Of a stretch of DNA of 64,000 nucleotides, positions 57,786 through 64,000 are shown in pieces; positions within the stretch are counted from its first letter, which is position 1; each line of letters starts with the position of its first letter. Source of the DNA: an uncultured Actinomycetota bacterium (lineage in GTDB: Bacteria; Actinomycetota; Aquicultoria; CAYFWW01). The translations under genes were made by a program, and so were the position numbers. A model generated the notes under the pieces. That model ran no database searches, was not told the origin of the DNA, and saw nothing but the letters and a program-made list of their open reading frames with translations. The DNA is taken from NCBI GenBank assembly GCA_964346985.1, contig CAYFWW010000005.1, positions 17,206-81,205 of the forward strand. Direction: 5' to 3'.

Positions 57786-59492
57786 TTGCCTGAAGAGAAT
57801 AATATTGATATAGAAAAGAAAAAAGAACTTATAAAAAATAGCAGGATGGGTAAGTTATTGCTTGATAAAGGTTTAGTGAATGAAGAACAGCTTCTCGAAG
57901 CTTTTGATTCCTCGGGTGTAAAATCTTTAGCTCATAGGCTAGTTGAGTTAAAAATGGTAAGTGAAGAAGATATTTATAAAGCTATTGCTGAGAAGATGAA
58001 TCTCGAATATATTGATTTAAATGAAAATGAGATAGACCCTAATGCGGCGACGATTATATCTGAGGAAATCGCTCGTAAGTATAATTTAATTCCTGTCAAG
58101 TTTGAGGATGAAACGATGATAGTTGCTATGGCCGATCCAGCAAATGTGCTGGCAATCGATGATTTAAGAGTTATGACTGGTTATGACATAAAACCGGTTG
58201 TTTCAAGTAGTTCAATTATAGACCATGCTATTGATGAGTATTGCGGAATGGACCAGACAGTTGAACAAATGGTCGAAGGCCTAGATGAATTTGAAGTTTC
58301 AGAAGCGCTTGAAGAAGAAGAGGCAGAAAGTGAAAATGCCCCAGTTGTAAAATTAGTTAACTTGATTATCTCGGAGTCTGTGAGAACAAGAGCAAACGAC
58401 GTTCATATTGAACCTCAGGAGAAAGATGTCAGAATTCGTTTTAGGATTGACGGTGTTTTACACGAAGTAATGCGTTCACCAAAAAAAGTTCAAAACGGAG
58501 TAATTTCAAGAATTAAAATTCTTTCAAAATTGGATATTGCTGAAAAAAGGTTACCACAAGACGGCAGGTTCGGATTGGTAATTGATGGTAAAGCAATAGA
58601 TTTTCGAGTTGCAACATTACCAACAATCCACGGGGAAAAAATTGTTTTAAGATTACTGGAGAAAGAAAGTATACTAATATCTCTTGAAGACCTTGGGCTT
58701 GAACAAGACAGCCTAGAAATTTTTTCAAAATCATTTAATAAACCATATGGAGCAATTATGGTTACAGGACCAACAGGATGTGGCAAAACTACTACTCTAT
58801 ATGCGGTTTTAAATGTCATTAATTCTATAGAAAAGAATATAATTACTGTTGAAGATCCAGTTGAATACAGGCTTGCAGGCTGTAATCAGGTTCAAGTAAG
58901 TGAAAAAGCAGGAATGACATTTGCTGCCGGTTTAAGGTCTATTTTAAGAAATGATCCTGATATAGTAATGATAGGAGAGATCAGAGATAAGGAAACAGCT
59001 CAGATTTCTATTGAATCAGCTTTAACCGGCCATTTAGTATTGTCAACTCTACATACAAACGACTCAGCGTCAACTTTAACCCGCCTGACCGAAATGGGGA
59101 TTGAACCATTTTTAACTGCTTCAGCTGTTGATAGTGTTTTAGCTCAAAGGTTGGCCAGAAGGTTATGTCCAGAATGCAAAAAAGAATATAATCCTGAAAA
59201 AGATATTATAGAAAAATATAACCTTCCTAAAAAGAAAGGTAAACCGCCAACTTTATTTAAGGCAGAGGGTTGTAGAGCCTGCAATGATACTGGATATAAA
59301 GGCCGACTGGGATTATTTGAGCTCCTTTTAGTAAGTGAGGAGATAGAAAAACTATGTGTTGACAGAGCAACAGGTGACGATATCTCAAATCAAGCAATAA
59401 AAGAAGGCATGAGAACCCTTAGGGAAGATGGAATTCTTAAAGCATTAAAAGGACATACATCAATTGAAGAAATATTAAGAGTAACTGTTTAA
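57786..59492 (+). CDS. pilB: Type IV pilus assembly ATPase PilB / GspE family, paralogue 1; TTG start
   Basis: 568 aa. GspE N-terminal domains, Walker A GPTGCGKTT, Asp and His boxes, and a tetracysteine motif CPECKK…CRACNDTGYKGR. Confidence 0.85.
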   Translation: MPEENNIDIEKKKELIKNSRMGKLLLDKGLVNEEQLLEAFDSSGVKSLAHRLVELKMVSEEDIYKAIAEKMNLEYIDLNENEIDPNAATIISEEIARKYNLIPVKFEDETMIVAMADPANVLAIDDLRVMTGYDIKPVVSSSSIIDHAIDEYCGMDQTVEQMVEGLDEFEVSEALEEEEAESENAPVVKLVNLIISESVRTRANDVHIEPQEKDVRIRFRIDGVLHEVMRSPKKVQNGVISRIKILSKLDIAEKRLPQDGRFGLVIDGKAIDFRVATLPTIHGEKIVLRLLEKESILISLEDLGLEQDSLEIFSKSFNKPYGAIMVTGPTGCGKTTTLYAVLNVINSIEKNIITVEDPVEYRLAGCNQVQVSEKAGMTFAAGLRSILRNDPDIVMIGEIRDKETAQISIESALTGHLVLSTLHTNDSASTLTRLTEMGIEPFLTASAVDSVLAQRLARRLCPECKKEYNPEKDIIEKYNLPKKKGKPPTLFKAEGCRACNDTGYKGRLGLFELLLVSEEIEKLCVDRATGDDISNQAIKEGMRTLREDGILKALKGHTSIEEILRVTV

Positions 59493-59496
59493 TTCA

Positions 59497-59525
59497 TTGA
59501 CTAAATAGGTTATTGTTTTGATAAT
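59497..59525 (+). promoter_or_regulatory. Sigma-A-type promoter TTGACT-17-GATAAT upstream of the roadblock/GTPase unit
   Basis: TTGACT at 59497-59502, a 17-nt spacer, GATAAT at 59520-59525. Followed by an AAAGGAGG ribosome-binding site and the ATG at 59566. Confidence 0.45.
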
Positions 59526-59565
59526 AAACAGAAATCTTTGATAGATCGTTAAAAGGAGGAAAAGA

Positions 59566-59985
59566 ATGGAAGACTATGAAAATATAGATTCATCTTCCAA
59601 GGGCGATAGGGTAAGACATCAAAGCAGGGCAGAAAAGCTAACAACTGCCTTAGGTGATTTACTTCAGAATTCTCCTGAAATAGAAGCGGCTGCCCTGGTT
59701 AGCCCTGATGGACTTATGGTAGCTTCGGCACTCCCAAGTCATATGCAAGAAGAAAGAGTTGCTGCTATGTCTGCAGCTATACTAAGTCTTGGAGATAGAA
59801 CAGCAAATGAACTGGGGAGGGGGAAACTTACTCAAGTATTTGTCGAGGGTGAAAACGGATTCGTTTTTTTAATGTCCTCAGGACCTAATGCTGTTTTAAC
59901 AGCACTTGCAGGTAAAGGTGCAAAGTTAGGTTTAATATTTTATGACATGAAACATGCAGCAAAGGAGATATCCGAAATTTTATAA
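59566..59985 (+). CDS. Roadblock/LC7 domain protein (MglB-like GTPase regulator)
   Basis: 139 aa. …EIEAAALVSPDGLMVASALP…ERVAAMSAAILSLG…GKLTQVFVEGENGFVFLMSSGPNAVLTALAG… matches the roadblock/LC7 fold pattern of MglB/CvnB. Confidence 0.75.
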   Translation: MEDYENIDSSSKGDRVRHQSRAEKLTTALGDLLQNSPEIEAAALVSPDGLMVASALPSHMQEERVAAMSAAILSLGDRTANELGRGKLTQVFVEGENGFVFLMSSGPNAVLTALAGKGAKLGLIFYDMKHAAKEISEIL

Positions 59986-59999
59986 TTCGATGGTAACAA

Positions 60000-61616
60000 A
60001 TGGCATTAGCTGGTAATTTAAGAGACTTTAGTCTCCCGGATATATTTCAATTAATAAGTTTAAGTAAAAAAACTGGCTCTCTGGATATTGTACGTGATGA
60101 TACAGAGGGGCATGTTTATTTTAAAGATGGTGAAGTTTTTTTTGCCATATCAAACTGGCATCAAGAGTCTCTTGGTAAAAGACTTGTTAACTCAGAAAAA
60201 ATTACCAATGAACAACTAAAAAAATCAGTAAAACAACAAAAAGAAGAGAAACAAAAACGGCGTCTTGGACAGATTCTAATCGAAAAGAAATACATAACTG
60301 AAAATGTGTTGTCAACATTTGTGCAAGAACAGATTCAAGATACAATTTTTGATCTATTCAGATGGCAAGAGGGAGAATTTAACTTTAGAGCTGGAGAAAT
60401 TCCTTCTGAGGAAGACATCGGCCTTTCTGTTTCAGTTGAAAATATTATCATGGAAGGCGCTCGCCGTCTTGAAGAATGGAATAGAATAGTTCAAAAAATT
60501 CATTCATTAGAAATGGTTTTTAATATGGCTTCAGGCCCAGGAGAAGGGACTTTTGAGATTAGCCTGAAACCAATGGAATGGAAAATAATCTGTCTTCTTG
60601 ATGGACAAAAAACAATCAAGGATTTAATTGATATTACTGGTCTTAACGACTTTGAAATTTGCCGAATTATTTATGGTATGTATTCAGCCGGCTTACTTGA
60701 AGAGGCAGAAGAAATTGAAGAGATGGAAACCGCTGAGGAAGAAGTTGAAACAGCTGAAGAAGAGATAGAAGCAGAGCAAGGTGAAGTTGAAGAAGAGGCA
60801 GAAGAAGTACTTGAAACTGAAGAAGATACTGAAAAGATAATTAAAATTGAAGAAGAAGATAAATATTCTATCGAATCCTTAGAAAAGAGATCTCAGGAAC
60901 TTTTAGAAAAACAAGAGACTAAGGAAGAACCAACTCCAGAAATAGCTAAAGCAAAGATTAAAAAAGAAGAAAGTACGAAAAGTATAAAAACTGAGGATAA
61001 ATCTAGACAACAGCAGATTAAGAAATTGCTAAAAGATCTAACCTCAAAAGGCCTTGAAGTAGATTCTGATTTTACAGAAGGGTTGGTAGACGAAGAGGAT
61101 AAGAAAGAAATTTATGAAAAGAAGAAACCTAAGAAAGAAAAGAAAGTTGAAGTTATTGATGGAAAAGAACAAATAGACTCAATAAAAATTGAAGATGATG
61201 AAGCCGTAGAATTAGCTGAAGAGCATGAGGAAAAAGAGGAGATAAAAATTGAGCTTGAAGAAGAACCTATCAAGGAAGAGCCTTCAATACCAAAGATTGG
61301 AAAGATAGATAAAGAAGAAAAAGAGCCGGTTAAAAAAGAAGAGAAAAAAGAAGAAGGACATAAGAAAAAAAAGATTACCGAGCAATCTCTGAAAGATGCC
61401 AAGCGTTTTCCTGCTGGTGTGAGATTTGCTTTAACCGAAGAACTTACATCATTGACAGGTGCTAAAAAATCTGAAGCTAAACAAAAGAAAAAACAGACTA
61501 TTGATGATAAAAAGAAAGAAAAGAGCGAAACAAAAGGGGGAAAACCAAAGGCTGAAAAGGGAGATATAACAAAGGATACTGTCTTAAGGATTATTAATAG
61601 TGTCAAAAAAATATAA
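60000..61616 (+). CDS. PATAN/DUF4388-domain protein with an approximately 300-aa Glu/Lys-rich low-complexity C-terminal region
   Basis: N-terminal GNLRDFSLPDIFQLISLSKKTGSL… is the DUF4388 (PatA-like N-terminal) signature. Residues from about 230 onward are dominated by E and K (EEAEEIEEMETAEEEVETAEEEIEAEQGEVEEEAEE…KKEEKKEEGHKKKK). Confidence 0.6.
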   Translation: MALAGNLRDFSLPDIFQLISLSKKTGSLDIVRDDTEGHVYFKDGEVFFAISNWHQESLGKRLVNSEKITNEQLKKSVKQQKEEKQKRRLGQILIEKKYITENVLSTFVQEQIQDTIFDLFRWQEGEFNFRAGEIPSEEDIGLSVSVENIIMEGARRLEEWNRIVQKIHSLEMVFNMASGPGEGTFEISLKPMEWKIICLLDGQKTIKDLIDITGLNDFEICRIIYGMYSAGLLEEAEEIEEMETAEEEVETAEEEIEAEQGEVEEEAEEVLETEEDTEKIIKIEEEDKYSIESLEKRSQELLEKQETKEEPTPEIAKAKIKKEESTKSIKTEDKSRQQQIKKLLKDLTSKGLEVDSDFTEGLVDEEDKKEIYEKKKPKKEKKVEVIDGKEQIDSIKIEDDEAVELAEEHEEKEEIKIELEEEPIKEEPSIPKIGKIDKEEKEPVKKEEKKEEGHKKKKITEQSLKDAKRFPAGVRFALTEELTSLTGAKKSEAKQKKKQTIDDKKKEKSETKGGKPKAEKGDITKDTVLRIINSVKKI

Positions 61617-61623
61617 GGTAACT

Positions 61624-62178
61624 ATGCAGACTGTAAAGATACTTATTACTGGACCATTTAACGCAGGAAAGACAACATTTATAAAGACTATAAGTGAAAT
61701 TTCAGTTGTTTCCACTGAGAGGGATATTACTGACCATACCAAATCATTGAAGCCAGAAACTACTGTTGCAATGGATTTTGGAAAGATTACAATAGATGAA
61801 AAATTAGCTCTATATTTATTCGGTACCCCTGGGCAGGAAAGATTTGACTTTATGTGGGAAACATTATCTGAAGGGATGCTAGGGTATATCTTAATGATAG
61901 ATGTTTCACGAAAAGAATCTATTAAAGAAGCTAAAACAATACTGGAATTCTTTAAAAAACTATCTGATGTACCATACATTATTGCTCTAAATAAAAAAGA
62001 TATGGCTGATGGATCTATCAATGAGGAAATATTAAGAAAGAAGCTAACTGTTGAACAGAAAATCCCTGTTGTTGAATGCAATTCTTTTGAAAAGGAAAAT
62101 GTTAAAGATGCTTTACTTTGCCTTTTATATTTAATCCTCGATCAAACTGATGAAAAGGAGAAATTAAAGAAACGGTAA
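61624..62178 (+). CDS. MglA-like small Ras-family GTPase
   Basis: About 185 aa. P-loop ILITGPFNAGKTTF, STERD switch-I-like segment, GTPGQ in place of DxxG, NKKD (NKxD). Overall pattern parallels M. xanthus MglA (…GPGLCGKTT…STETDRT…TVPGQ…NKRD). The ATG at 61624 is preferred over an in-frame upstream ATG that overlaps the previous gene. Confidence 0.75.
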   Translation: MQTVKILITGPFNAGKTTFIKTISEISVVSTERDITDHTKSLKPETTVAMDFGKITIDEKLALYLFGTPGQERFDFMWETLSEGMLGYILMIDVSRKESIKEAKTILEFFKKLSDVPYIIALNKKDMADGSINEEILRKKLTVEQKIPVVECNSFEKENVKDALLCLLYLILDQTDEKEKLKKR

Positions 62179-62182
62179 TATT

Positions 62183-62491
62183 ATGCAGGATATTCTGATA
62201 TTTAAATATTTTCTATTATTTTCTTTAATTATAGTAATCGTTTTTTTTATCACTTTTATTATATATCGGCGCAGAAAAAGAGCTAAGAAGAAACAACGCC
62301 CGGTAGAATTATATTTTAGTGATGGTTCAATGATTAAGATTGAACCTGGTACTAAACAGTATTTGACTTATAAAGCACTAGCTAATCATATGTTTAGTGG
62401 ACCTGATATAAAAGATATGCAATCTCGTAGGATAATACGCCGCTATCATAATAAGCATTTCGAGATTTTAAAAAAATCTTATCCTTCCTAA
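62183..62491 (+). CDS. Hypothetical small membrane-anchored protein with a polybasic juxtamembrane segment
   Basis: 102 aa. N-terminal TM helix, then RRRKRAKKKQR, then a roughly 60-aa soluble domain. Last gene before the terminator. Confidence 0.4.
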   Translation: MQDILIFKYFLLFSLIIVIVFFITFIIYRRRKRAKKKQRPVELYFSDGSMIKIEPGTKQYLTYKALANHMFSGPDIKDMQSRRIIRRYHNKHFEILKKSYPS

Positions 62492-62535
62492 GTTTAGAGT
62501 AAAGAAAAGCCTCTAAGTACTCTAAACGTTTTTTT
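62492..62535 (+). terminator. Intrinsic terminator closing the roadblock-PATAN-GTPase unit
   Basis: GTTTAGAGTA (62492-62501) pairs with TACTCTAAAC (62518-62527) across a 16-nt loop, followed by GTTTTTTT. Confidence 0.6.
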
Positions 62536-62595
62536 CAAAAATGCCGATGTGTTAAATGAAAAAAATCTTTATAAGTGAGGTTTTTAATTTGACTG

Positions 62596-64000
62596 CTGCT
62601 GGTCAGAGTTTCGGTGAAATACTTCTGGAATCTAAAGTAATTGACCAAGATCAACTTGTAAGTGCATTAGAAGAACAGCAGGCAACTGGAAAACCCTTCA
62701 GTCAAGTAATTGTTGAAAAAGGTTATGCGACTCAAGAAGATATTCTTTCCAAGTTAGCCGAACTTCTTGGTTTGCCATATGTTAATTTAAATGAATATGA
62801 AATAAATGTCAGCGCTGTGGCTTTAGTCCCTGATAATTTAGCTCGTAAATATATAGCTATACCAATAGATTTCGATAATGAAAGATTAGTAGTAGCTATG
62901 GCCGATCCTGAAAATATGATGGCAATCGACGACCTAAGAATTGTTACCGGTTATGACATTAAATCAGTCGTGGCAACAAAAGACGGGATATTGAGTGCTA
63001 TCGAGAGATATTGTAAGTCAGAGTCAATGGAAGATGCTTTCCAAGACTTAGATGTTGGTGAAGAAGAAAATGAACTGACCAAGCTTCATGAAATTTCTGA
63101 AGATGCACCAATAGTAAAACTGGCTAATTTAATAATTACCAGAGCAGTTAAAGAAGGAGCTTCAGATATTCATATTGAACCACAGGAAAAAGATATCAGA
63201 GTAAGATACAGGATAGATGGTGTTCTACACGAAGTTATGAAGTCGCCGAAAAAGATTCAACCAGCCCTTCTGTCTAGGTTTAAAATAATTGCAAGCTTAG
63301 ATATTGCTGAAAAAAGAAAACCTCAGGATGGTCACTGCGGTTTAAATATAGCTGGAAAAGTTGTTGATTTTCGTGTGGCGACATTACCGACTGTATATGG
63401 GGAAAGGATAGTCCTTAGAATCTTAGAAAAAGAAAGTATCTTACTTGACCTTAATGATTTAGGTTTTTTAAAAGAATCACTAGATAAGTTCAGGAATGCA
63501 TTTATGCAACCCTATGGTGCAATTTTTATTACTGGGCCAACTGGAAGCGGTAAGTCCACCACTCTATATGCAACATTAAATGTTTTAAATACCGAAGATA
63601 AAAACATAGTAACAATTGAAGACCCAGTTGAATACCGCTTACCTGGAATAAACCAAGTACAAATTAATGCCAGGGCTGGCCTATCTTTCTCTAGAGGATT
63701 ACGGTCTATTCTACGCGCGTCTCCTGATATTGTAATGGTAGGGGAGATAAGAGATCATGAAACTGCACAAATTGCTATAGAAGCTGCTTTAACAGGTCAT
63801 TTGGTTTTTTCCACCTTACATACAAATGATGCTCCGGGAGCTATAACCAGACTAACTGAAATGGGTATCGAACCATTTTTAACAGCTTCAGCCCTATCCT
63901 GTATTCAAGCACAAAGGTTAGCTAGAAAACTGTGTTCAGATTGCAAAGAACCTTTCAAACCTACTTCTAAGGTTATTAAAGAGTACGGATTAAAGATAAA
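62596..64000 (+). CDS. Type IV pilus assembly ATPase PilB / GspE family, paralogue 2 (3'-truncated by the window edge)
   Basis: Same domain order as paralogue 1: N-terminal GspE_N (…MADPENMMAIDDLRIVTGYDIK…), Walker A GPTGSGKST, and the start of a Cys motif (CSDCKE). TTG at 62596 with a GAGGT ribosome-binding site; an ATG at 62556 is the alternative start. The frame stays open to position 64000. Confidence 0.8.

Noticed and set aside
60700-61560. GAA/GAG/AAG-rich repetitive DNA that looks like a tandem or CRISPR-like repeat region
   Set aside because: There is no regular repeat-spacer periodicity. The repetition is at codon level and encodes the acidic/basic low-complexity tail of the PATAN-domain protein.
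61112-62081. Two long minus-strand ORFs (164 and 165 aa), antisense to the E/K-rich gene and the GTPase gene
   Set aside because: Their translations are Ser/Phe-rich low-complexity mirror images of a GAA/AAG-rich coding strand. The + strand genes have clear domains and signals. They are antisense artefacts.
62183-62491. Possible PilZ (c-di-GMP-binding) identity for the small membrane protein in the pilus locus
   Set aside because: An RxxxR-like polybasic stretch is present, but no D/NxSxxG motif at the expected spacing. The protein also has a TM anchor atypical for stand-alone PilZ. Kept as hypothetical.
1-64000. Search for CRISPR arrays, transposases, integrases, phage genes, rRNA and tRNA genes
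   Set aside because: No direct-repeat/spacer arrays were found. No ORF has transposase or integrase motifs. No rRNA-like or cloverleaf-compatible sequence was recognised. The window reads as core chromosome with small lineage-specific insertions.

Overview
This is an AT-rich, densely coding chromosomal window, almost entirely on the + strand. It appears to come from a Firmicutes/Clostridia-like anaerobe; that is inferred from gene content and Bacillus-type gene order, not measured.

Gene order, 5' to 3':
- a complex-I-type antiporter subunit fragment followed by rnfCDGEAB
- a NusG-II-like protein and a Gx-transporter-like protein
- radC-mreBCD-mrdA-rodA
- a GTPase/DUF697 protein, the radical SAM TIGR03960 + TIGR03936 pair, and RNase G
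- a rhomboid protease, then LemA-HtpX
- a tandem pair of PLDc_N/YxlE-like membrane proteins (minus strand)
- fpg, then yebC-pdxT-pdxS (minus strand)
- ruvCAB, a ZIP transporter (minus strand), DUF763, queH, DUF2905-queA-tgt-yajC, an HD protein, secDF
- a phasin-like protein and UbiB
- recJ-relA-dtd-MBL-hisS-aspS, a 6S-RNA-like element, a lipoprotein, rarA
- DUF948, an AI-2E transporter, alaS-ruvX-mltG, a U32 peptidase, yqeG, acylphosphatase, aroE
- the start of a type IV pilus locus

I saw no rRNA, tRNA, CRISPR array, transposase, integrase or phage genes.

The most interesting region is 57.8-64 kb. Two full-length PilB/GspE-type assembly ATPases bracket a self-contained transcription unit with its own near-consensus promoter and intrinsic terminator. 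The unit encodes a roadblock/LC7 (MglB-like) protein, a PATAN/DUF4388-domain protein with a very large Glu/Lys-rich tail, an MglA-like Ras-family GTPase with a non-canonical switch II, and a small polybasic membrane protein. That is a candidate MglA/MglB-type polarity switch wired into a type IV pilus machine in a Firmicute-like genome.

Other points worth a second look:
- a candidate 6S RNA with its own promoter, directly downstream of aspS as in B. subtilis
- an orphan promoter-terminator sRNA candidate downstream of htpX
- a 19-nt LexA(Cheo)-like motif shared by the ruvC and DUF763 upstream regions
- RecJ carrying a degenerate helicase-C-like C-terminal extension
- a structured leader upstream of RNase G
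- the tandem YxlE-like paralogs

All calls are based on reading the sequence and translations; no database searches were run.
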